From: Azolla caroliniana
Lineage: Eukaryota > Plantae > Polypodiophyta
NCBI GenBank assembly: GCA_043228905.1
Contig: JBHGNT010000018.1
Span: 6,014,001 to 6,078,000 of the forward strand
Length of the DNA stretch: 64,000 nt
Direction: 5' to 3'
In this document: piece by piece, positions 13,172 through 25,684 of the stretch
Layout: each line of letters starts with the position of its first letter
How positions within the stretch are numbered: position 1 is the stretch's first letter
Made by a program: the position numbers and the translations under genes
The notes under the pieces: generated by a model
What the model was told of the DNA's origin: nothing
What the model saw: the letters and a program-made list of their open reading frames with translations, nothing else
Databases searched by the model: none

Positions 13172-13233
13172 GCCACGATGAATGCAGGGTTGAACTCACG
13201 ACCTTTTGTTCTCCATTGAACAACCTTACCGAT
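13172..13233 (-). repeat. tRNA-derived SINE-like remnant
   Basis: Minus strand has A-box-like GAGCTCAATCGG and B-box-like GAGTTCAACCC at tRNA-like spacing; no intact cloverleaf. Confidence 0.35.
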
Positions 13234-13587
13234 TGAGCTCATAAATGGCCTAACCAGTTTGAGTTGGTTAAGTGGGGCTCAAGATGAATTTAAGCAAGCT
13301 CAAGCTTGAACCATGTTGAACCATACATCCAAATCATTTAATGGTTAACAATTTGGTTTTGGCTTGAGCTGAATCATTGTTGCTTATTAACTAGCATCAC
13401 AAGATATCGTGGATGGGAAATTAGAATCCTCCCCATCATGAGGCAACGATGCTCCAACCCATCCTCCAACTGCCTTCGATCATTTGAACATAACAATGAT
13501 GGAAGGCCTGCAAGAATTGAATGGTCTCCCAGTCTTTGTTGTGTGACCAAGATGCATTAAATGTAAAAATGTATGTCATTCCAACTT

Positions 13588-16362
13588 TGTTGTGTTATGA
13601 ACATGTAGCCGGCCACAATTGGTCAACACATATAAAATGAGAGACACAAAAACCAAGAGACAACAGATAAGAATAAAGTATAGAGACACAAGATCTTTTA
13701 ACGTGGAAACCTTGAATGGGAAAAACCACGGGAGTCCACAAACTCCAAACTAGATCACTACGGTAGGAGGAATACACAAGAGACTCTAAGGTGACAACCT
13801 TAAGCTCCTCTTCGTATGGCGACGGTTACAGGTTACAAGTCTCACTCACTCACTCACTCACTCACTCTCTCCTACTCTCAATTATACACACTGATCCACT
13901 AGTTACAATGCTCTCATACAACAGAAAATGATTTTCCCTAGGTGTATTTATACTAATACAGACTATGGGCTAATTACAAATATGGCCTATCTTAGGTGTT
14001 TGAAAACATATTTACAAATATGTTCTCTTTCGGATACACCTTCAGATTCGGCCGGATGGCTTCCAGCTGATCTGGCTTCCGCACTCTTCCCATTTGTTTC
14101 TTGTTCTTTGGACTCCAATCCGGCTCATCCTCTTCCCATACAGAGGGACCTATTTCCTAGCAAACTCCAATTTCACTCCGATATGGGGTACTTCGTCAGT
14201 CCGACCCTTTGCCAACACGTGCTCAACCTCTCTATTGACATCACCTTCATCAACATATCCGATCCGTTTTCGTCCGTGTGGATCTTCACCAGAGCAAAAT
14301 CATTTTCTTCTACCCTATCCCTAAGCCAATGGTATCTATGTTGGATATGCTTAGTCCTGGAGTGGTAGGCGACATTCTTGGCAAGGTGGATGGCACTATG
14401 GTTATCGCAATGGAATCTGAATTCCTCTTGCCGAATTCCCAGCTCATCAATGAAGTCCTTCATCCACACGATCTCCTTGCCGACTTCTACAACAACCATG
14501 TACTCTGCTTCTACGGTCGACAACGCCACAACCTTATGTAACCTCGATTGCCATGAGATGGCTCCCCCTGCATATGTCATTATATACCCGAATGTGGGTT
14601 GGCTGGTATTCACATCAGCCGACATGTCTGAGTTAGTAAAACCTTATAGTATGGGGTTACTTGAGCCGAATCGGAGACACGCGCTTGAGATGCCTCTTAG
14701 GTACCAAAGTATCCACGTCATTGCAACCCAATGCTCTCTTTCGGGATTGCTCATATATCGATTGACGACTCCGACAACATATCCAATGTATGGTCTGGTG
14801 CAGACCATTACGTACATCAGGCTTTTGACTGCTGAGGCGTAGGGGACCTTGCTCATCTCAACCTTCTCCGTTTTCGACTTTGGACATTGTTTTCTAGATA
14901 GCTTGCTATTAGTCGGTAGGGTCGAGCCGATTGACTTTGCGTTCTGCATGTTGAATCTCTAGAGCACTTTTGTCACGTACTTCTCCTGTGACAGTCACAA
15001 CAATCTCTTTGTCCTATCCCGGACAATGTGCATTCCTAGGATTTGCTTTGTCGGACCCCTATCCTTCATTGCAAAAGACCTGCTCAAGGCCTCTTCAGGT
15101 CCTATCTGACAATTAGCATGTCGTCCCCCTATAGCAGGAGGATGAGAAAGTCTCCTTCATTGTGCTTGTTTATGAACACGCAGTGGTCGGCTTGCGTCTT
15201 GTGGTACCCTTGATCGATCATGAAGGATTCGAACTTCCGGTACCATTGCCGGGGCGCTGCTTCAATATGTAAAGGCTCTTCTTCAACCGGCATACCAGGT
15301 TCCCCTTTCCCTTCTCGACAAATCCTTCCGGTTGCTGCATATAAATTTCTTCTTCAAGATCTCCATGCAGAAAGGTCGTCTCAACATCCACCTGCTCCAC
15401 TTCGAGGTTCATGCTGGCCGCTATGCCCAACGTCGTTCGGATGGATGTCATCTTCACCACTGGGGCAAATATTTTGTCGAAATGCACGCCCTTCTTTTGC
15501 GGAAAGCCTTTCACCACGATTCGGGCTTTGTATTTGGGTGGATTCCCGCCTTCTCTCGCCTTCAGTTTTTATACCCACTTGTTTCAGAGTGCCTTCTTTC
15601 CTTTCGGTATCTCGGTTAGTTCATACGTGTGGTTCTCATGCAAGGAATCCATCTTGTCTTGCGTGACATGGAACCACTCTTTACTATGGGCATCTTTCTT
15701 AGCTTCCTCAAAGCTTTTCGACTCCCCTCATCAATTAACAACACATACACTTTATCTGGAAAACTCCGTGGGGCCTTCTCTCTCTTAGAGGGTATCTCTT
15801 GCATCCATTAGGTGCAATCGGCTCCTGTTCGACCTCTTCAGTTGGCTCTAAATCCAAGTCAGATTTAGATCCTCATTTGCCGACTGTCTTCTTTCGACTG
15901 GCTCCCCTTGTGTGTTTGTCAAACATCTAGAATCGGCCGATTCCCAACGCTCCTCAGTGGGCCCTCGACTTTGCCGACTAACTACTCGGTTGACTGGTTC
16001 GTATCCGACTTCGGTCGAATTGACTGATGTCCGATTTGGCCGATCATCAACTCGGCTCGAATCGGCAGTTGGAGGCTTATTTTCCATCTCCCAATCGACA
16101 ATTGGCTTCTCTTCCATGAAGACAATATCTCGGCTCCTAATCACCTTCCTATTGATTAGGTCCCACAGTTGATAGCCGAATTCGTCTTTGCCATAGCCAA
16201 GAAATAGATACCATCGACTCTTGGGATCAAGTTTCCCCCTCTAGTCCTTACCTATATTCACATAGGCCAGGCAACCGAACACCTCAGATGCTAGTATGAC
16301 ACCTCTTTGCCGAACCACAACCTTTGTAGTATATCACCTTCTAGGGGCACCGAGGGAGACCT
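13588..16362 (-). mobile_element. Ty1/Copia element, 5'-truncated and degenerate (integrase C-terminus, RT, RNase H, 3' LTR ~13588-14162)
   Basis: Minus-strand ORF fragments VKGFPQKKGVHFDKIFAPVVKMTSIR, VPYASAVKSLMYVMVCTRP, GGAISWQSRLHKVVALSTVEAEY, YHSRTKHI. The LTR has TG...CA ends and shares motifs with the LTR at 46442. Confidence 0.88.
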
Positions 16363-16363
16363 G

Positions 16364-19300
16364 GTCGCATGAGCAAAAGGGGTATAAGTGCTAGAACCCC
16401 CGAACTAAGCAGGTCCGAGTAAGCCGAGATGTTGAGTTCGACGAGACGACATTGTGGTACTCTCTACCGACTCAGACTTCCGACTCCGACCCAATCCTGG
16501 AGGATGAGGCTAGTGAGCCTGAACTGGTTCAGATAGAAGATGATGAGCTTGAGACTTTAGAAGAGAGTCCGGAATCATTTCGGTTGAGTGGGCCGAATGA
16601 GCGACTAGGTCGGAATGACCAGTCCAATGAGGAATCAGCGAGTAGCGGAGACTTTGCTGTGCTCTCCTTGCGCAAGGAACCGATGAGACAGTTCACGCGC
16701 AAAGAGAAGGGGAAGAAGAAGATGTCGGCATACGACACCGGTAGTGAAGAGTCAGATCAAAGTGGATCTGACTCAGACAAGGATGAAGGAGGATCTTCGG
16801 GAATGAAGTCTGAACCAGCCAAGAAAGGCCCCAAACCGGGCGATAACAAGTTACGCCAGTCTTCCCGCCAGAAGAACCCCGTTATGCGGTACGAGTACAA
16901 TGAGTACATGGCGCATCACTATGCGTACATGACCAAAGTGGTGGAAGTGCGTGACCCGGAGAGCTATGCAGAAACGGCAAAGGACGCAAATTGGCGTGCT
17001 GCTATGGAGGAAGAAATGCGGGCACTTGATGCAAACGACACATGGGACCTTGTTGACCCTCCCCGACACTGTAAACCGATCGGTTGCAAATGGGTGTACA
17101 AGGGAAAGTCCAATGCCGACGGTTCGATTAATTGGTACAAGGCCTAGTTAGTGGCGAAGGGATTTGCACAAACCCACGAAATCGACTACGACGAGACCTT
17201 CGCTCCGGTAGCAAAGATGAAGACGGTTCGTGTGGTACTGGCGGTTGCTGCGGCAAGGGGGTGGCATCTTCACCAGATGGACGTGAAGAATGCATTTCTT
17301 CAAGGTGACCTTGAAGAACGGGTCTATATGATCCAACCTCCCGGTTTTCAGTCGGAGATGAACAAGTTGGCGGTGTGCTAGCTTAAGAAGTCGCTTTATG
17401 GTCTGAAACAAGCCCCTCAAGCTTGGAATGCGAAGATCACGTACCGGTTGCGTAAGATGGGGTTTGTGACCTCTAAATCTGACTCATCGTTGTTCATCCT
17501 GCAAGGTTTGGACGGTCCGGTTTGCATCTTACTATATGTAGATGATTTAATCATCATCGGACTTGGACTCAATGAAATCGACCGTGTCAAGGCCCAGTTG
17601 GCGGACACATTTGAGATGAAGGACCTAGAGGACCTTTATTACTTCCTTGGGATCGAGGTGATCCGAACCCTCGACGACATATTGTTCTCACAACGACACT
17701 ATGTGTTCAATATGCTGTACAAGTTCGGCATGACGGAATGCCGACCTGTTGACTGGAACGAGAAGCTCTGTCCCAACTCCGGACCTACCTCCGATGAGAA
17801 ATGGTTCCGATAAATAGTCGGAAGCCTGATATACTTGACAATCACCCGACCCGACATCAGTTATCCGGTCGGTGTGATCAACCAATTCATGCAGAAGCCA
17901 ACTGTTGAGCACCTTCAGTGTGTGCATCGAATATTTCTGCGGTATGTGAGCGGCATGAAGGATCGAGGACTATTATACCGGCAGGGTATAACTGAAGAGT
18001 TAGTCGGATACACAGATGCCGATTGGGCTGGTGATGCATCAGATCGCCAATCCACCTCCGGTTACATGTTTTCTCTAGGTAGCGTGGTTGTTGTGTGGAG
18101 CAGCAAAAAGCAACCAACAGTGGCTCTATCGAGCACTGAGGTTGAGTACCGGGGCGCTACCAATGCCACCTGTGAAGCTATCTGGCTTCGGCACCTCGAT
18201 CCTAATCTACTGCGACAACATAAGCATCATACAACTTGCCAAGAACCCTGTATTCCATGCTCGAACAAAGCACATAGAAGTGCATTATCACTTCGTGCGT
18301 GAGCGGTGAAGTCGAACTTCGGTATGTTCAAACGGATCGGCAGGTTGCCGACATCTTCACCAAACCGCTCAGATTGGACAAGTTGCAACACTTCACTGAA
18401 ATGCTTGGTGTTCAACATCTCGACGTGTCGCACTTGAGTGGAAGAACGAGCAAAGGCAAAGAAACTGGTGCCATAACGGGCAAAGGCAAAGAAATTGCTG
18501 ACGGCACCAGACAAGGAATCAGAAAGGGAAGAACCAACAAAGGGGGAGACAAGAGGAAAAAGGAAGCCGAGTTGACGAAGAAAGTCGGCACATCCGAACA
18601 AGTCGGAACGAGCGACAACGACGACAAAGTCAAGAAGGACAGAGCCGACCAGAAGGAGAAGGCCAAGACCCGGACATGGTCTGATGTAGTGAAGGGCCTA
18701 AAAACAGAAGACGAGTTGGAGATTACCAACTCGGACAAGAGCTGGAATGAATTGGAGGAAGCCGATTCGGTTCAAGATTCGGAGAAGCCGGATCAACTAA
18801 AGGCCAACCGGACGAGAAGGCAATGGAAGTCGACACCAACATGGAGGAATCGATGGATTGACAAGCGCCGGAGTCATAACAACGAAGGAGCTGAAATGGG
18901 CATGTTGAGCAGACAAGCCGACCAAGGAGGTCAAGGTGCGTAGTACCGGACGGGTCGCGGGAAGTAGAACCGGACCGGACGAGGAGCGCGAGCAAGGCAA
19001 AACGATGCCAAAAGGAGCCGGGTGGGTAGAAGGACCAGCTGCCACAGACACCAACACCACGATCCGACCTCAAGTTGAGCTTGAGGGGGAGTGTTGAGCG
19101 AGCAAGCTCAACCGGATCTAGATCGACTGAATAAGCCAGAGCCGGATTAGTATTCGGAAACAACCGGCCGGATCGGAGAGCCGGATTCGAGTGCGAACCG
19201 GAAGCGTAGTAGTAGCCTAGACTAAGTCTAGGTAATCATTGTTTCATAGTTAGTGTCAGTCACATGTATGAGCATTGAAGTACATAATACTTCTATCAGT

Positions 19301-19477
19301 CCTTTTGAGGACTTGTATAAATAGTGTTGTTTATTTTTTGAATCTAGGTTTACGTTCTGCTCTCTTTGTGTCTCCCACGTATAGTCTCTGTGTATTAAGC
19401 TTCTCCATTAACCTTTATCTTATTCTTAATTGCTATCCGGCTGAGCCGGTTCTGTTTAACGCTTCCGCACGTTAACA
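16364..19477 (+). mobile_element. Second Ty1/Copia family, 5'-truncated (IN C-terminus, RT, RNase H, 3' extension, PPT, 3' LTR 19092-19477)
   Basis: [92 protein letters not shown] is followed by an LTR TGTTGAG...GTTAACA. Confidence 0.9.
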
Positions 19478-21034
19478 TTGACAATCTTCTTGAAGAGATT
19501 GATGAAGTTATAGGGCAAGCATCCAACACCAATGAACCACTTGCATATGATGAAAACAATTCAGATTCTGAGTTTGTTGAGATGCAAGATATGCACGGAT
19601 GGTTAAAGGAAGATGTGATGATACCGAACTCATGCTCAACTCGATAATGACAACAACTTATTTGAGTTCCGAGAAAGCAAAGCAAGTAAAATCAGCGTTA
19701 TCGAGTGCTCGTAGAATTATACAAGAAACAAATTCTACAATTGTTTCTAAGCGTATCGCTAAAAGAGGCAAATGACCTTACATGATTTTGGTATTAAATA
19801 GTGAAAGACTTAGAAATCTTATTTTTGTTGACTTTTTGTCATTGTTTCTAAGCTGTTGCTAAAAGTAAGCAAATGACCTTACATGATTTCGATATGAATT
19901 GCAAAAGAACTTATAAATCTTATTTTTATTGATGATTTTGTTGTTTAAAATTTTTTTGGAACATAGTTTCAATTTGGTTCTATATAGTTTGTCATGAAAC
20001 AATGTAATTGTTTTACATCTATAAAAAGTGCACTTAGTAGAATGTCACACTTAATTGGACACACACTTAACCGAATGGTTTATATATATATAAATGACTC
20101 ATTTTCTCCACTCATTAATTAGTACAACTCTATGAGTGAACAATCATTTGAAACATACAATTTTCCTACTCATTTTTATGCTTCACAACCATTTACAAAA
20201 TTACTTGAGTTGATGTGGAGAAATTCTATCCCATCTCTTGAAAACAATTGCGGCCAACTACTTTCTTGACATAAGCATCAAGGAAAACAATTCTAACAAT
20301 GAAGTGTTTCTACTCATGAAATTCACATAACATGCAAGTAGAACATTGACAAGGAAGCCGGATTCTTACCCACATATCATTTCATGATCATCCGGTATTT
20401 CGGAATTATAATTATGAACATCCACTAATTTCAAATTGTAATTAAGAACATCCAGCATTTCAAACTGTAGTTATGAACATCCAATGTTTCAAATTGTAAT
20501 GAAATTTCCAAAAAAGAGTTTTCTAGTTTTATAATACACGGGGACAAATCCCACAAATAAGGTATTCAAATGAGACCTCGTTAATGATATCTTAAACTGT
20601 GTGGACCCCACGAGACCATGGATCAGTAACAGTCTATGTATGTAAGGTATGGTGGATTGGGGAGGATTTCAATAGACAATGTGCTGTGTGATGCTAATTT
20701 GTAGGAATATGAGCTTCTGTGCGTGTGCGTGTGTGGCTGTGCTTGATCATTATATACATCCATAGAGCTAGTTATGAGCCATTCCATTCCACAAACCGGC
20801 TTGAAGTATCCTGCATCTCCATGGAAACCTTTGATGCCGACCACTACCACGGGCGGATCCCCTGCACATGCTTCCGGTCGGCTACATCCACCCTCCCTTG
20901 TGCCCATGAAAATCCGATTTCTCGGATCCGATCCTATGCACTGATCTTGCAATGTTTGCGATAATGATTGATTGATCGCCACATGACAACTGCTGCTAGC
21001 CGGCTGCCTCTCATATCAACCACCATTAAATTGC

Positions 21035-22825
21035 TCAATTTGTATAAATATGGCTTTTGCCGCCACTGGGGGCTGGCTTGTTTGATTTTCCGCTATGTTT
21101 CCCCATGGCACCTGCAGAGTTTTCATGGCAGTTAGGTACCTGCAGGTGGGCGGTGCGACTTGTTCGAGCAGATACATTTGCCGGCAAAGATGATAGTACT
21201 GATCTTCTCGCGCTCGAAGCTTTCAATGGGCGTTCTTCTTCTTCTTGAAGATAATGATGATCCTCAGATCTTACTGCTGATGCTTGCTTGGTGGGGTTAG
21301 GGATTCGAAGACGTGGGATGGCCGCATTCCGGGCCGAACTGATGATTTCTCTGCCCCTGCTTGATGCATTATTCACAGGAGATGGCGCTGTACATGGCCT
21401 GCAGTGATCTGCAGCTGCCTCTCTGCTTTGATTTTGTTGACAATATAATCTGTAAAGAGAGGAGGATCTGTTGCTGTCTGCATTCATGGAGCGGGGTGTG
21501 CTCAGCCGCATGCTCATGCTGCTGCAACTGCTCCCTGCATCGTCATTAGAACGTTTGGGTGTGGCGCGGCAGCTCCTGCTCGCCCTATTCCTGGCAGTGT
21601 TGCACGGTTTAGGGTTTAGGGTTAGCATTTCCTCATGCGGATTTGGGGCTGTTTGTGCAGATTCCTTTGAATCTACTTGTTGAACGGCGGCAGGCAGATC
21701 GTTGTCTGCTGGAGCGTTCAATGAATCTGCTTCCACCGCAGGCATCATCACCTCCGATATTGAATCAAGATCGGCAGCAGTAGCATGGGCGATGGAGGAA
21801 TCATGAAGGTCATGGGTAGCCATGGTGACTAGCCCAGCCTGCACCTGAAATCTTGTGGTGCAGAAGTCATGCTTGAGGAGTTCACGCATGTTGCTAGTCT
21901 CACGGTTCCTGCGAGGGCCTCGAGCAGAGAGCAGGGCAGTGCAGAGAATGTCCCGGCTGACACGCTGAGGAGGAATGGCGAGGCGGGCGCTTGCAGAGGC
22001 GGATGGGCCGAAGCAGGAGGAGCCTCCATGGAAATGGCTGGTGATGTAGGCAGTGGATGATATATTGTGGAGCTGGCTATGGAGATTGGTGTCGATTCTG
22101 GACGGATCGGTAACGCAGGTGGCATGGCGGCCGAAATAGGGCAAGATCTGAGAGTCTGGGTGGAGGCCGAGGTGAGGGGGAGGGATGAATCGGAGGTAGT
22201 CTGTAACGTTGGAAGCGCGGCGGCCGAAATAGGCATCTGCAGGCGGAGATGGAGAGGCAGATGATGGTGGCGCTGAAAGGGGTCGATCAAGATGATGATG
22301 ATGATGATGATGATGAAGGCGATGGTGGTTTTGGCTTCTGATGAGCTGCGTCTGCTTCTGCGTCTGGCTTCTGCAGAGATGTTGAGAGTGGAGGGGGGCT
22401 GTAATGGAGGTGGACTTGCGATGGAAGGATCTGGGCGGCTGTGAGAGGAGGGAGGGATGGTAGGAGTGAGAGGGTAGGGTTTGCTTCAGATGCCTGGTAA
22501 CGCTGGACGACAGAAGGCCGTAGTAGGGGAGATGGTGGCGGGGATCGAACCCTCCCGCTTGCTGGCGGCTGCGGCTGCGGTAGCGGGGATGGGCCTCAGA
22601 ATTGATGGTTACATTCTTCTTCTTCTTCTTCTTCTTCTCATCATCATCATCATCATCATCATGATTTCTGCTGGTAATCGCCCCATCATGATCATGGCCA
22701 TGGCGATCCACCGGCACCTGACCTTTCCTCATCATTGAGGGTTTCTTGATGGGCAGGCATGAGCTTTTCGCCGGCGGCGGAGGTCTTCCTCTTCCTCTTC
22801 GTACTCCGCCGATTCCAATCATCAC
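21035..22825 (-). CDS. Uncharacterised low-complexity (His/Ser/Pro/Arg-rich, probably disordered) protein, 596-codon ORF
   Basis: Long GC-rich open frame starting MMIGIGG with in-frame triplet microsatellites (poly-D, poly-K, poly-H). No transposon motifs and no recognisable domain. It may splice into the 20623-21003 frame. Confidence 0.55.
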   Translation of the reverse strand: MMIGIGGVRRGRGRPPPPAKSSCLPIKKPSMMRKGQVPVDRHGHDHDGAITSRNHDDDDDDDEKKKKKKKNVTINSEAHPRYRSRSRQQAGGFDPRHHLPYYGLLSSSVTRHLKQTLPSHSYHPSLLSQPPRSFHRKSTSITAPLHSQHLCRSQTQKQTQLIRSQNHHRLHHHHHHHHLDRPLSAPPSSASPSPPADAYFGRRASNVTDYLRFIPPPHLGLHPDSQILPYFGRHATCVTDPSRIDTNLHSQLHNISSTAYITSHFHGGSSCFGPSASASARLAIPPQRVSRDILCTALLSARGPRRNRETSNMRELLKHDFCTTRFQVQAGLVTMATHDLHDSSIAHATAADLDSISEVMMPAVEADSLNAPADNDLPAAVQQVDSKESAQTAPNPHEEMLTLNPKPCNTARNRASRSCRATPKRSNDDAGSSCSSMSMRLSTPRSMNADSNRSSSLYRLYCQQNQSREAAADHCRPCTAPSPVNNASSRGREIISSARNAAIPRLRIPNPTKQASAVRSEDHHYLQEEEERPLKASSARRSVLSSLPANVSARTSRTAHLQVPNCHENSAGAMGKHSGKSNKPAPSGGKSHIYTN

Positions 22826-25684
22826 GCCTCTGCCTGCCTGCCTGCCTGCAGGGGGGGGGGGGGATCTACAGGGTTATTATAGACTAGACGCGCTGTGTGA
22901 TCACCTGCTAAACGTGTATGATCATCGTCGCCGCCGCCGCCGCCGCCGCCATGGAACCTGCAAGAAAAAATGGCGACGGCTCTCTTTGACAGAGAAACAG
23001 AACAGAACAGAACAGACAGAGAGGAGATATGAGAAGGTATACCATAATACTATTCATTAACCGTTCCTTCTCCTTCTTCTTCTTCTTCTTCTTCTTCTAC
23101 TATTACTTCTTCTATGTATTTGGCCTTCTACTTAGCCTCCGGAGCCATGTTTTCTTGAGGATGTCCCTCCCGGGTCTGCCTCTTGTTCCTTAAATCTCCT
23201 CCTCCTCCGGTCCGCTCGACTCCATCTTTTCCTCGATCACAAGCCTTCCGTTCCGTCCCAAGGCTTCTTCATGTCCTTTCTTCCTCAACTCTCATGGTCG
23301 AATCTTCCTTTGATCTCGAACCCTTGTGTTTGGGGGGCTCTTCCTTGTTCTCAATCGTGTGCACTCGATCTCGGTCTCGAGCTCCAGTTCATGCTGAACC
23401 TTCATTTCCCCTTGTTTGACCTCGCTCTTGCTTGAGTCTTCCTTTTTCTCCATCTTGAATTCGATTCCGGGTTTAGGCTTTTCTTCACTTGGAGGTGTTT
23501 TCCCTATGTTTGGCTCAGCCACCATGGCTGAGCCAAATCTCGATCATATTTTCCTGTTGAGAATCGAACTCAACTTCCCATAGAGATAGTGTTCACACTT
23601 GCCAGTGGACATCATACTAGGCTAGTTTTATAATTAATAGAAAGGGCACTTGCCCTAGACTAGCTGGTATTTAAACCAACTCTTTGTAAACTTAGTTACT
23701 TTTGGATGTATCCTATTTTTTCCACTAATATTCAACTTCTTGTTTATCTCTCTCTCTCTCTTGTCCTACGAGGGCACAATTCACCTCCGCAGCACAACAT
23801 CACCAATGTCTCTCATTCTTTACATGGTATCAGAGCGTGTGGTGTTCTGATCAAGCTTAATTGAGTATGTTGTGCTACACATCGATGATCAACAGAACCA
23901 ATTCAACAACAGAGAAGAAATCGACATCATGAATACTCATATGGGAAGCGCTCTTCCTACGGAGAAGCTCAATAGGACAAACTTCGCATCTTGGGAATAC
24001 AAGATGCATCAATACCTTGTTGGACAAGGGTATTGGAGCTATATTGAGGGAGCTCACGAAACGCAACTCAACCCAACACATGTTGACTACCCAACATGGG
24101 AGCAAGCCGGAAGCCGTGTGTTGTATTGCCTTGCATCATGTGTTCATGATCACATGCTCGGTTATATTCGAGAGTCGAAAACGCCGAAAGAAGCTTGGGG
24201 CAATCTCAAGAAGATTTTCAGAACCAACACGGTTGCATTTAAGCTCCAACTCCGACAAGAGTTAAACAATACACAACATAGGAACATGTCGATCACCACC
24301 TATACCTTGAAGATCAAGGAGTTGTGTGATGCCCTCAGATTGATCAATGTCGTCATCGACAATGACGAAATGGTGCAAATATGCCTCGGCGGCTTAGCAC
24401 TGCGATTTAGCACGATCAGATCAACCATTCTTGCAAGGGAGAACCCTCCCTCATTTTTCGACCTTTAGTCGATATTACTGGTGGAAGAAAATCATGCCTG
24501 ACAAAGGAGCAACGCACTAGATGGTCAAATGCTCTACTCCTAGTCGGATGATAGAAGAGGATTTGGCTGAGGAAATAGAGGTTGATTCAGCCGAGGCCGA
24601 AAGGGTCAACTAATCCGGGAATGCAATTCCCATCATTAGCAAGAGGATAGAGATACTCCCAGGGAGTTCGGTAGAAGGGGGAGCCATCCTGTCGGACCGA
24701 GCCACCAAAACAACCCGATCGAATGCGGGTATTGTGGAAAACTTGGCCACTACACAGAGGAGTGCCAAAAGAAAAAACGAGAGTCAGCTTCGATTAGCTG
24801 ACAACTCACTAGCTATGCTACAAATTCTGATTACAACGATCGGGGAGGTATGTTCATGATGAGGCATAAAGCACATTCAATCTCAACACATGGTTAAACA
24901 AGTACCTCCTCATCCGATAATGTATGGTTTGTCGACTCAGGAGCGTCCAATCACATGACGTCTCACGAAGATTGGTTCCGACAGTTGAGGATACCCAATC
25001 GACCCGGCTATGCCGAAATCGGAGATGACACAACTCACCCGATTCGGCATATCAAAAATGTCCCATTTAGAAATGACGGCAACCATACCTACCTCAAGAA
25101 CGTCTTGCATGTCCCAACCATCACGAAAAACCTAGTCTCGGTCGGCCAGATTGTCAAACAAGGAATGCAAGTACGATTCAATAATGAAGAGTGCTTTATT
25201 GAGAAAGAATGTCGATTAGTCGCTCACGGTCGAAGAGAAGGCCGAATGTTCATCCTCGAATAGAACGAGGTGAAGTCAGCTATGTTCGCCAAAGGCCTCA
25301 AAGTCGAAACCGACTTGAAATTGTGGCACAAACAAATTGGCCACATCAACCTCCAGAAGCTCAAAGGCATGCAGTTGAAAGGAGTCGCGATTAGACTCAT
25401 CATTTTTACCAAAAAGGAGAAGATAGGTGTATGTGAAGCCTGCCAGTTCGGTAAACAACATCGACAACCGTTATCGAAAGAGAGGAACGTGAGCAAAGAG
25501 ATCCTGGATGTCATACATTTAGACGTATGGGAACCGGCACAGACAACCACATTCAGTGGATGCCGATACTATGTCACGTTTATCGACGACATCTCCAGGC
25601 ACACCTGGATTTCCCCATGCAGCAAAAGAGCAAAGTGTTCGGACACTTCCAAAGGTTTAAAAATGAAGTCGAAAAAGTCACCGA

